Assembly (NCBI GenBank): GCA_024644435.1
Contig: JAHEKZ010000011.1
Coordinates: 1-55,947 of the forward strand
DNA: 55,947 bases
Direction: 5' to 3'
Source: Actinomycetes bacterium
Lineage (GTDB): Bacteria > Actinomycetota > Actinomycetes > JAHEKZ01
Of the stretch, positions 42,379 through 50,365 are shown piece after piece. Position 1 is the stretch's first letter; each line of letters starts with the position of its first letter. The position numbers and the translations under genes were made by a program. The notes under the pieces were generated by a model. The model did not search any database. It was given only the letters and a program-made list of their open reading frames with translations, and was not told the DNA's origin.

Positions 42379-42896
42379 CCCGTGAAGGGGCCTTTGACGA
42401 CCTCCTCGCTGCCAACAGCGAGTTCGCCGCGAGTTTTCAGAACGCCGGGCTTCCCGCGCGTGCCGCCCGTGGACTAGCTGTGCTCACGTGCATGGACTCA
42501 CGCATCGACCCCTTCAGCATCCTCGGCATCGGCCCTGGCGACGCCAAGGTCCTGCGAAATGCCGGTGGTCGGGTCACTGAGGACGTCCTCCGCACCCTGG
42601 TGTTGGGTGCCTACTTGCTCAATGTCACGCGTGTCCTGGTCATGCCGCACACCAAGTGCGCCATGGCTGGCTTCACTGAAGACGAGATCCACCAGAAGAT
42701 CAGCGCAGAGCACGGTGTGGACACCCGCAGCCTCGAGTTCCGCACCACCGACGACCAGCTCGCCTCGCTTCGGCATGACATCGTGCGGGTCGAGTCGTAC
42801 CCCCTGCTGCCGCCCGGTCTCGCGGTGGGAGGTGCGGTGTTCGACGTCGACACCGGACGCATCATCCCGCTGGACCCGGCAGGCACGAACGACTGA
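42375..42896 (+). CDS. Beta-class carbonic anhydrase
   Basis: Start ATG 42375 overlaps the upstream stop (ATGA). Zinc-ligand motifs CMDSRIDP and HTKCAM. Confidence 0.85.
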   Translation: MTREGAFDDLLAANSEFAASFQNAGLPARAARGLAVLTCMDSRIDPFSILGIGPGDAKVLRNAGGRVTEDVLRTLVLGAYLLNVTRVLVMPHTKCAMAGFTEDEIHQKISAEHGVDTRSLEFRTTDDQLASLRHDIVRVESYPLLPPGLAVGGAVFDVDTGRIIPLDPAGTND

Positions 42897-42923
42897 CCCG
42901 ACCCGACGCGCGTCGGCGGATGG

Positions 42924-43193
42924 TCAGTCTCGGCGGCTGTAGGCGCCAGACGTGTATGACGTGATGTCGAACGCCAGGCCGAGGAAGACCAGGAACCAGC
43001 CGAATCCCGACACCTGTTGCAGTGGTGCCCACGCAATGGCCCAGAAGAGCGCCGTCCACGGCAGGAACACCAGGCCGAGAAGCTTCATCCAGAAGCTGTC
43101 GATCGACTGGTTCACCTCATCGGTGAAAGCCCAGGCGAAGAGGAAGGCGACACGGGGCCCAATCAGGCCCATGAGGGCAACGACGCAGCACAT
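42924..43193 (-). CDS. Small hypothetical membrane protein
   Basis: 89-aa, 3 predicted TM helices, Trp/Phe-rich. No recognised family. Confidence 0.45.
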   Translation of the reverse strand: MCCVVALMGLIGPRVAFLFAWAFTDEVNQSIDSFWMKLLGLVFLPWTALFWAIAWAPLQQVSGFGWFLVFLGLAFDITSYTSGAYSRRD

Positions 43194-43211
43194 GCAGGCG
43201 ACCTTAGTGGG

Positions 43212-45359
43212 TCAGGCGTCGATGCGGGCCCGATCGAGGTCGGCGGCCCCTTCGATGATGAAGTGGCGCCGCGGTGCCACCTCATTGCCCATGAGCAGCT
43301 CGAAGACGCTGGACCCCTGTTCGGCATCGGCCAGTGTGATGCGACGGAGCGTGCGGTGGCGCGGGTCCATCGTCGTCTCGCGCAGCTGTGCGGCGTCCAT
43401 CTCGCCCAGCCCCTTGTAGCGCTGGATCGGGTGCTTGATCCGCTTGCCCTTCTTGTCGATGTCGGCGACCAGCTTCTTCATCTCGGCATCGGTGTAGGCG
43501 TACACGACCTCGTTCTTCTTGCCGCCGCCCGTGACGATCTCGACCCGGTGCAGCGGAGGCACCGCCGCATAGACGCGACCCTCGGCCAGCATGGGTCGCA
43601 TATACCGGTGGAACAGGGTGAGTAGCAGGGTGCGAATGTGGGCGCCGTCGACGTCGGCGTCGGTCATGATGATGATCTTGCCGTAGCGCACGGCCTCCGG
43701 GTCGAACGTCCGGCCGGAACCGGCCCCGAGCACCTGAATCAGGGATGCGCACTCACTGTTCTTGAGCATGTCACCGACGGATGCCTTCTGGACGTTGAGG
43801 ATCTTCCCGCGGATCGGCAGGAGTGCCTGGAACTCTGAGGACCTGGCCAGCTTGGCCGTACCCAGGGCACTGTCTCCCTCGACGATGAAGAGCTCTGTGC
43901 GCTCCACGTCGTCGCTGCGGCAGTCGGCCAGCTTGGCCGGGAGGGACGACGTCTCAAGTGCGTTCTTGCGACGCTGCAGCTCTTTGGAGTGGCGAGCCGC
44001 AATCCGGGCGCGGGCAGCGCCCACCACCTTCTCGAGGATTGCCCGGGCCCTGGTCTTGTCGGCTCGCTTGGTCGAGGTCAAAACGTTGGTCAGCTCGCGG
44101 TGCACCACGTGAGACACGATGCGCGTGGCTGCCGATGTGCCGAGCACTTCTTTGGTCTGCCCCTCGAACTGCGGCTCGGCCAGTCGGACGCACACCACCC
44201 CGGTGAGGCCTTCGAGGACGTCGTCCTTGATGACCGGGTCGTCGTTGGTCTTGAGCAGCTTGGCTGCGCGCAGCTGCTCGTTGACCGCGCGCACGAGGCC
44301 GCGCTCGAAGCCGGAGACGTGGGTTCCACCCTTGGGGGTGGCGATGATGTTCACGAAGCTGCGGATGGTGCTGTCGTAGCCGCTACCCCAGCGCAGAGCG
44401 ATATCGACCGTCAGCTCGCGCTCGACCTCGGTAGGGGTCATGTGGCCCTTGGAGTCGAGGACAGGCACCGTTTCGTGGAAGTGGCCGACCCCGTGCAGGC
44501 GTACTGGTTCGGCAACCGGCTCGTCGCTGCTGAGGTACTCGACATACTCGGTGATACCACCGTCGAACCGAAATGACTCCTCGACCAGCTCGTCGCCGCG
44601 CTCGTCATGAAGAGTGAGTGTGAGCCCGGGCACCAGGAAGGCCGTCTGGCGCATGCGGTTCCGCAGGTCGTCAAGGGACACCTCAGCGTCCTTGAGGAAG
44701 ATCTCGCGGTCTGCCCAGTAGCGGACGCGGGTACCGGTCTTCTTCTTCGGGGCCTTGCCGACGACCCGCAGGCCCGACCGCTTCGTGAAGGTGGCGATGT
44801 CGTCGCCACCGTCGAACTCTCCGGGAATGCCACGCCGGAACGACATGGTGTGGATCTTTCCGTCGCGGTCGACCTCGACGTCGAGCCGCGATGAGAGCGC
44901 GTTGACGACCGATGCGCCCACTCCGTGCAGACCACCGGACGCCGTGTAGGAGCCGCCACCGAACTTGCCACCGGCATGGAGTCTGGTCATGACGACCTCG
45001 ACGCCGGTGAGCTTGGTCTTCGGCTCGATGTCGACCGGGATGCCGCGACCGTCGTCCTCGATCTCGACCGATCCGTCAGGCAGCAGTCGGACGTCGATCT
45101 GGTGGCAGTGACCGGCCAGCGACTCGTCGACGGCGTTGTCGATGATCTCCCACAGGCAGTGCATGAGGCCGCGGGAGTCGGTGGAGCCGATGTACATGCC
45201 AGGGCGCTTTCGAACCGCCTCCAACCCCTCGAGGACGGAGAGGTGCTTGGCGGTGTAGCCGCCCCTGCTGGACGCGGAGGACCGTGTGGTCGCCGCAGTG
45301 CGCCTTCCGGAGGACGCGGAACTGCCACTGGGGCGTGAGGAGGCGCGGGCTGACGACAC
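43212..45359 (-). CDS. parE: Type IIA DNA topoisomerase subunit B (topoisomerase IV ParE-type)
   Basis: 715-aa. LEGLEAVRKRPGMYIGST, LHGVGASVVNALS, IVEGDSALGTAK, PIRGKILNV, IMTDADVDGAHI. Ser/Arg-rich N-terminal extension. Confidence 0.9.
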   Translation of the reverse strand: MSSARASSRPSGSSASSGRRTAATTRSSASSRGGYTAKHLSVLEGLEAVRKRPGMYIGSTDSRGLMHCLWEIIDNAVDESLAGHCHQIDVRLLPDGSVEIEDDGRGIPVDIEPKTKLTGVEVVMTRLHAGGKFGGGSYTASGGLHGVGASVVNALSSRLDVEVDRDGKIHTMSFRRGIPGEFDGGDDIATFTKRSGLRVVGKAPKKKTGTRVRYWADREIFLKDAEVSLDDLRNRMRQTAFLVPGLTLTLHDERGDELVEESFRFDGGITEYVEYLSSDEPVAEPVRLHGVGHFHETVPVLDSKGHMTPTEVERELTVDIALRWGSGYDSTIRSFVNIIATPKGGTHVSGFERGLVRAVNEQLRAAKLLKTNDDPVIKDDVLEGLTGVVCVRLAEPQFEGQTKEVLGTSAATRIVSHVVHRELTNVLTSTKRADKTRARAILEKVVGAARARIAARHSKELQRRKNALETSSLPAKLADCRSDDVERTELFIVEGDSALGTAKLARSSEFQALLPIRGKILNVQKASVGDMLKNSECASLIQVLGAGSGRTFDPEAVRYGKIIIMTDADVDGAHIRTLLLTLFHRYMRPMLAEGRVYAAVPPLHRVEIVTGGGKKNEVVYAYTDAEMKKLVADIDKKGKRIKHPIQRYKGLGEMDAAQLRETTMDPRHRTLRRITLADAEQGSSVFELLMGNEVAPRRHFIIEGAADLDRARIDA

Positions 45360-45617
45360 GGTTCTGAGGCTATCTGGCAGGTCCGACTGGGTGATGTTGG
45401 CGCTCCGATGGATGCATTCCGGTCACAGTCGGCGTGTCGTGACCCACATCACACGATCCTCTGGGTGAAGGTGTACGCCAATGGCGAACCCCGCGGCAGC
45501 CAGCAGCGGGAAGTGTCGGACTGTGATGAGATGTTCATCAGATGTCGGGACTGCCCGGCATCGACCCGACGGTCACGTGGCCCAGGCTGCGAGGCTCTCA
45601 GTGAGGAGTGAGGCGAC

Positions 45618-45818
45618 GTGACGACCACACTGGCCCCCGACACCACGCTGACCGCTGCCGACCGGTGCGACAAGTGCGGCGCCCAGGCGTATGTGCGCGT
45701 TCGCCTCATCACCGGCGAGCTCCACTTCTGTGCGCACCACGCGAAGCAGTTCGAACCGAAGTTGAAGTCTGTCGCTGTCGAGATCACCGACGAGACGGCA
45801 CGGCTCGACGAGAGCTGA
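45618..45818 (+). CDS. Small zinc-ribbon-like protein (DUF7455-like)
   Basis: 66-aa, GTG start preceded by GAGGAG. CDKCGAQAYVRV...HFCAHH motif. Confidence 0.55.
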   Translation: MTTTLAPDTTLTAADRCDKCGAQAYVRVRLITGELHFCAHHAKQFEPKLKSVAVEITDETARLDES

Positions 45819-45844
45819 ACCGGCCTCCGGGCGTAGCCCGGTTC
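45817..45844. terminator. Candidate bidirectional hairpin between convergent genes
   Basis: GAACCGG (45817-45823) pairs with CCGGTTC (45838-45844) across a 14-nt loop. No clear U-tract. Confidence 0.3.
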
Positions 45845-45865
45845 GTTCGGTCTACCGGGCCTGCA

Positions 45866-46285
45866 TCAGCATTCGGTGACGTCAAGGTCCACAGCCAGCA
45901 CCATCAACCCTGATGCGCCTTCGCCCTGGGCCTGAATGGTCAACACGTCGCCGGGACGAGCCATGTCGCGTGTGACCCGCACGGTAGCGCTCAACTTGCC
46001 GCCATCGTCGGCCACGACGCTCTGCCAGGTACCCGTTTCGTCCTGAGCCTCGACGATCCAGCGAAGGTCGACCACCGACCCCGGGGTGAAGTCGAATCCC
46101 GAGATTCGCACCGTGTCGCCGATCGTGATCTGCCCAGGGGCACAGGTCGACGATGCGGAGGCGATGAGGTCATTGCTGAGGGGACCGATGAACGCGTCCG
46201 AAGTGTCGTCGACGTTGGAGCTCGAGCACGACGTCAGTACGACAAGCAGCAATGCCGCGGCACCGACTCCCCCACTAAGACGCAC
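45866..46285 (-). CDS. Hypothetical lipoprotein (beta-sandwich-like)
   Basis: 139-aa. Signal peptide plus lipobox LLVVLTSC. Cys near the mature N-terminus and as the last residue. Confidence 0.55.
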   Translation of the reverse strand: MRLSGGVGAAALLLVVLTSCSSSNVDDTSDAFIGPLSNDLIASASSTCAPGQITIGDTVRISGFDFTPGSVVDLRWIVEAQDETGTWQSVVADDGGKLSATVRVTRDMARPGDVLTIQAQGEGASGLMVLAVDLDVTEC

Positions 46286-46350
46286 GACCAGAACCTAGCG
46301 CCATCTGGCGTCTCGCGTCACCCCGGACGAGAAGAGGGCGAAATGTCCGA

Positions 46351-46384
46351 GCACGCCCCGCAACCAGGTGGTTGCGGGGCGTGC
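46351..46384 (-). terminator. Intrinsic terminator-like hairpin downstream of the DUF4242/secreted-protein operon
   Basis: Perfect 15-bp stem GCACGCCCCGCAACC / GGTTGCGGGGCGTGC with a 4-nt loop, 15 nt after the stop at 46399. On the transcribed strand it is followed by TCGGACATTTCGCCC (only a weak U-tract). Confidence 0.6.
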
Positions 46385-46398
46385 CGTTGGATCGTCCG

Positions 46399-46878
46399 CT
46401 AGCAGAGATCAACACTCGGGTTGAAGTCCGCGTGGACACCGTCCGGGTTGGGGCGCCAGATCCACGCGTGGAGCGCCCAGATGCCCAGCGTGTCGTTGCG
46501 GTGGAACTGTTCGCCGAACAGCTCAGGCGGTTGGGCACCGGTCCACGCGGGCTGCGGTACCACGTACTCGGCTGCGACCAGCTGCATGCGGTCACCGTGC
46601 GGCTCGTAGACGAGCACCTCCGGGTGACTGGCGACCACCGTGCCGTCGATGGCGTCCATGTCGGCATAGTGCTGGCCCATCCCGCCAACCCCGGGTGACT
46701 CGAAGCAGGGCAGGAACTTCTCGTACCCGGCCGCCTCCGCCTTGTCCACGCGATGGAAGGACGCCGTGGCCTGCCGGACGCCCGCGAACTGAGCCGACGA
46801 CCCTTGGGCCGGGACTGCGACGAGGACTGATCCCAACAGAGCGGCCGATGCGGCAACCAGGGCGACCGCCGACCTCAT
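46399..46878 (-). CDS. Secreted hypothetical protein, His-rich, two Cys
   Basis: 159-aa. Signal peptide ending VPAQG-SSAQ. GMGQHY and LHAWIWRPNPDGVHADFNPSVDLC blocks. Start overlaps the DUF4242 stop (ATGA). Confidence 0.55.
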   Translation of the reverse strand: MRSAVALVAASAALLGSVLVAVPAQGSSAQFAGVRQATASFHRVDKAEAAGYEKFLPCFESPGVGGMGQHYADMDAIDGTVVASHPEVLVYEPHGDRMQLVAAEYVVPQPAWTGAQPPELFGEQFHRNDTLGIWALHAWIWRPNPDGVHADFNPSVDLC

Positions 46879-47126
46879 GACCCCTCCTTGACGAGAAAGA
46901 CGTCGTCGGCGACCAGGCCGTGGGCTTCACGGTGCACCGTCGACGCCGCATCCGGCGATGGCGCCTCCACGAGGCAGAAGACCTTGCCCTCGTTCTCCGA
47001 GACCCAGTAGCGCAGGTACCGGACGTCGTGCTTGGCCTGTGCCTGCAGATCGGCCATGTGCGCCTGCGCGACGTCGTCGAGTGACACTCCGCCACTGATC
47101 GAGTGGACATCCATGTAGAGCGGCAT
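46875..47126 (-). CDS. DUF4242-family small protein (SCO4226-like, family reported as nickel-binding)
   Basis: 83-aa. MPLYMDVHSISGGVSLDDVAQAHMADLQAQAKHDVRYLRYWVSENEGKVFCLVEAPS. AGGAGG 8 nt upstream of the ATG. Confidence 0.7.
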   Translation of the reverse strand: MPLYMDVHSISGGVSLDDVAQAHMADLQAQAKHDVRYLRYWVSENEGKVFCLVEAPSPDAASTVHREAHGLVADDVFLVKEGS

Positions 47127-47228
47127 TGGTTCCTCCTGTTGTCCTGCGGCAAGCTGACACCGAAGACGCTAGGAACGCGGGCCGATGGCCGGCAGGGGAT
47201 CAACTCCCCATGTTGGTGCAGCGGTTCC

Positions 47229-49862
47229 CTATGTTGCGGCGCCGGCCAGGGCGACCTCTGCAGCCGCCGCCCGGGTGTTCACGCCAAGCTTGGTCAGGAC
47301 CGACGACACGTGGTGGTCGACGGTCTTGACCGAGATCACCAGCCGCTCGGCGATCTGGGCGTTGGATGCCCCTTGGCAGATCAGCGTGAGAACGTCGCGT
47401 TCCCTTGCGGTGAGTCCCAGGGGATCGTCCTTCGTCGAGGTTCGTGACCCGCGCGGGATCGCCGCGATCCCTTGACTCCGCATGATCGCCCGGGCTCGCG
47501 CTGACGTTGCGGTGGCGCCCAGCACGTCCAACCGACGGACCGCATCGCGCATCGAGTCAGGGTCGCCGCTGTCGAGCAGGGCCAGGGCCGCGTCGTACGG
47601 CAGTCCGGCCTCGCTCAGCCGGGCGGCTGCGCCACGCTCATCGCCAGACGTCCACCGATCGTAGGGCTCTGGGAACGGGGCCAGTCCAGCCGCGGAAATC
47701 CCGGCGCGTCTAGCCCAGACCGCCAGCTCTGCGCGCAGGTGCGGCTCGACCTCGCTGCCCTCCTCGACCGCCGTGGTCACCCGATTCCGCATGAGGTCGG
47801 CGTCCCCGGCGAGCCACGCCAGCTCGATCTGGCTGATCCGGACGTCCAGCAGCCAGTCCGGCGACTCCAGCTGTTCGGCGTAGCCGAGGGCCTCGGCAAT
47901 CATCTCGACGCCTTCCGGATCGCCCTGCCGGGCAAGTACGCGTCCCACCCCGCCGAGCGGGTTCAGCCGGTTCACCGGTGACAGGTGTTCTCGCGCACGC
48001 CTGACCAGTCCTCGGCCGATCAGAAGCGCCTCGTCCCAGCGCCCTTGACGATCCAACGCCCTGACCTGACCACCCTTCAGGCAGGCCTCGTAGGTGGAGA
48101 AGTCGCACAGCTCCCAGAAGGTCAGGCCCTCGGCAAGGACTTCCTCCGCCTCAGCGAAGTGGTTCTCGCCCACCAGGAAGGCATGGAAGTTGCTGAACGC
48201 CCGACCTGTCTGACTCTCGTGCCCGCCGGTGACCGCCACATCGAGCGAGCGTCGGAACAACGCGGCCACGTCCTCGCCGTTGTTCATGCGAATGCAGGCT
48301 TCGGTGTTGAGTGCGTCCGACAGCAGAGCTGTGTCATCGAAGGCCTCGGCGATCGCGATGGCACGCAGCGTCAGGTCGAGCGCCTCACCCGACCCGGTCG
48401 ACAGGAGACTGCCCGCTCGCGCCGTCAACGCCCACCCGAGCTCAGGGCAGGAAGGCTCGCCCGTCAGCACGTCTTCGGCCGCAAGGATAAGCCGCTCGTA
48501 CTCGTCCCCTGCGCAGAGGCGCCACTTGGCGTGCGCCTGCTTGCGCAAGGCGTGGCTCAGGCGCCGGCTGTCGCCGAGCACTTGCCACCGCTCGATGGAT
48601 CCCTCTCGCACGTCGGCTGATTGCTCCCACTGATCGAGCAGGCCGTACTCGTCAGCGAGTGCGTCGATCCACGACGCGATGGCCCAAGTCTCGGCTCCCT
48701 CCGTCCAGCGCAGCACGCGTTCGTACTGCGCAGCGGCTTCGCGATGCGAACCGAGCTGCGCTGCCAGTTCGCCCGCCCGCGTGGCGTACGTCTGCACTGC
48801 TGCGGCATCCTCGGCAAGGTCAGCATGATGCGCCAGGCGGGCCTCGTCGACGTCTCCGCGCGCAGCCAACACCTTCAGTGCGGCCGCATTCATCGAGCGC
48901 TGTCGGTGCGTGGGCAGAGACGACTCGATGGCGGCTCTGGCCAGCTCATGCCGGAAGCGGAGCGCGTCGCCGGAGGCAACCAGCGCACCCGACTCCAGGC
49001 ACTCGTCGAGCACCACTGGATTGGTCGCGGCCAGCTCGCTGAGGTCAGCAACGCGAGCCGATGGCGTCAGAACGGCCACCCAGTCGGCCAGGTCTCTGGC
49101 CGCCGGCGAAAGGCGGCAGATCCGAGCTTGAACCGCGTCATGCACCGACGTGAGCAGCTGTATGCCCGACGACGCCAGCGCCTCGCGCAGGTAGAACGGG
49201 TTTCCACCGGTCAACGCGTACACCTCGGCGCCGTCGGCGCCCACCTGTTCGGCAAGCTCGGTCACCGCTGACTGCGACAGCGGCGGAAGCGAGATCCGGC
49301 GGGCCCAGCGGTGCGTGCCTACTTCACCCAGCAGCGAGCGGAGCGGGTGATCCCGCCCCAGTGCGTCGTCGCGGTAGGTGGCGAGCAGCAGCATCCGACA
49401 GTCACGCACCCGGCGGCTGAGGAACTGAATGAGGTCGAGGCTGGCTTCATCGGCCCAATGCACGTCCTCGAAGACAAGGACGGTCAAGGCGTCCGAGGCG
49501 TTGAGCTCGTCGCGGAGCAATCGGAACACCCGGCTGCGTGGCAGCCGATCGGAGCGGCACACGTCGGCGATTTCTCCGCCGAGCTGTTCGGCGACGTCGA
49601 CGAGCGGCGCCAGAGGCTGCGGCGTGAACGAGCCGTCGCAGGCGCCCCACAACCACCGCGCGTCAGGACGGCGCTTCTGAAACGCCTCGACCAGGGTGGT
49701 CTTGCCCACACCCGCCTCACCGGCGATCAGGGCGACGCGGCTGTCACCGGCGTCGGCGTCCTTGGCGTACTCGTCCAGCAGGTCGAGGAAATCGTCCCGC
49801 TCCAGGAGGTCCATCTGCCGATAATGCGCCCGTGCGGCTCGAACGTCCAGGAAATGCTGCAT
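47229..49862 (-). CDS. Large ATP-binding LuxR-family (LAL) transcriptional regulator
   Basis: 877-aa. Walker A GEAGVGKTT, Walker B LVFEDVHWADEASL, long helical/TPR-like middle, C-terminal HTH LTARERDVLTLICQGASNAQIAERLVISVKTVDHHVSSVLTKLGV. An alternative start is ATG 49814 (MDLLERDD). Confidence 0.85.
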   Translation of the reverse strand: MQHFLDVRAARAHYRQMDLLERDDFLDLLDEYAKDADAGDSRVALIAGEAGVGKTTLVEAFQKRRPDARWLWGACDGSFTPQPLAPLVDVAEQLGGEIADVCRSDRLPRSRVFRLLRDELNASDALTVLVFEDVHWADEASLDLIQFLSRRVRDCRMLLLATYRDDALGRDHPLRSLLGEVGTHRWARRISLPPLSQSAVTELAEQVGADGAEVYALTGGNPFYLREALASSGIQLLTSVHDAVQARICRLSPAARDLADWVAVLTPSARVADLSELAATNPVVLDECLESGALVASGDALRFRHELARAAIESSLPTHRQRSMNAAALKVLAARGDVDEARLAHHADLAEDAAAVQTYATRAGELAAQLGSHREAAAQYERVLRWTEGAETWAIASWIDALADEYGLLDQWEQSADVREGSIERWQVLGDSRRLSHALRKQAHAKWRLCAGDEYERLILAAEDVLTGEPSCPELGWALTARAGSLLSTGSGEALDLTLRAIAIAEAFDDTALLSDALNTEACIRMNNGEDVAALFRRSLDVAVTGGHESQTGRAFSNFHAFLVGENHFAEAEEVLAEGLTFWELCDFSTYEACLKGGQVRALDRQGRWDEALLIGRGLVRRAREHLSPVNRLNPLGGVGRVLARQGDPEGVEMIAEALGYAEQLESPDWLLDVRISQIELAWLAGDADLMRNRVTTAVEEGSEVEPHLRAELAVWARRAGISAAGLAPFPEPYDRWTSGDERGAAARLSEAGLPYDAALALLDSGDPDSMRDAVRRLDVLGATATSARARAIMRSQGIAAIPRGSRTSTKDDPLGLTARERDVLTLICQGASNAQIAERLVISVKTVDHHVSSVLTKLGVNTRAAAAEVALAGAAT

Positions 49863-49912
49863 TCCGCGGACACACCGTGCGTTCGTTCCTCTGGGGACCG
49901 CCCGATGTGACC

Positions 49913-50365
49913 CTACGGCGCAATCTGGGACTCAGCGTGCCTGAGCAGTGTGGTCGCGACCGCTCGGAGAAAGCCCTCGAGGACGTGGGCTGCCTCCAGC
50001 TGCTGGGCGAGGTCGGCGCTGCGAGTCGCAACCTCGTCGATCGCGCGGTCCAACTCACGGGCCAGGCCGCCGAACGCCTCGTCGCCTGGCCTGGCTGTGC
50101 TGGCCGCGTCCAAGGTGTCGAGCAGGTCACGCGTCTGATGCAGGGTGAAGCCGAGCGGCTTCATCTGCTTGATCAGCATCAGCCGCGTCTCGTGCTCGGG
50201 AGCGTAGAGCCGAAAGCCGCCGGCACTGCGGGCTGTCGGCGTGAGCAGCCCAACATCTTCGTAGTAGCGCACGCTGCGCAGACTGAGTCCCACCCGCTCG
50301 GCCAGCGGGCCGATCTTCACCAGAGTCTGTCCGTCGGCCGTGCGTCCAGCAGCGGCGGTCGTCAT
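49913..50365 (-). CDS. MerR-family transcriptional regulator (no Cys in the effector domain)
   Basis: 150-aa. IGPLAERVGLSLRSVRYYEDVGLL winged HTH plus coiled-coil. The ATG abuts the sulP stop with no gap. Confidence 0.85.
   Translation of the reverse strand: MTTAAAGRTADGQTLVKIGPLAERVGLSLRSVRYYEDVGLLTPTARSAGGFRLYAPEHETRLMLIKQMKPLGFTLHQTRDLLDTLDAASTARPGDEAFGGLARELDRAIDEVATRSADLAQQLEAAHVLEGFLRAVATTLLRHAESQIAP

Noticed and set aside
45408-45611. 67-aa Cys-containing ORF (ATG start) just upstream of the zinc-ribbon gene
   Set aside because: Only about 70% of its codons end in G or C, which by eye is clearly lower than in neighbouring genes. There is no Shine-Dalgarno sequence upstream. It coincides with the hairpin-rich non-coding region. 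Ribosome profiling could still overturn this rejection.
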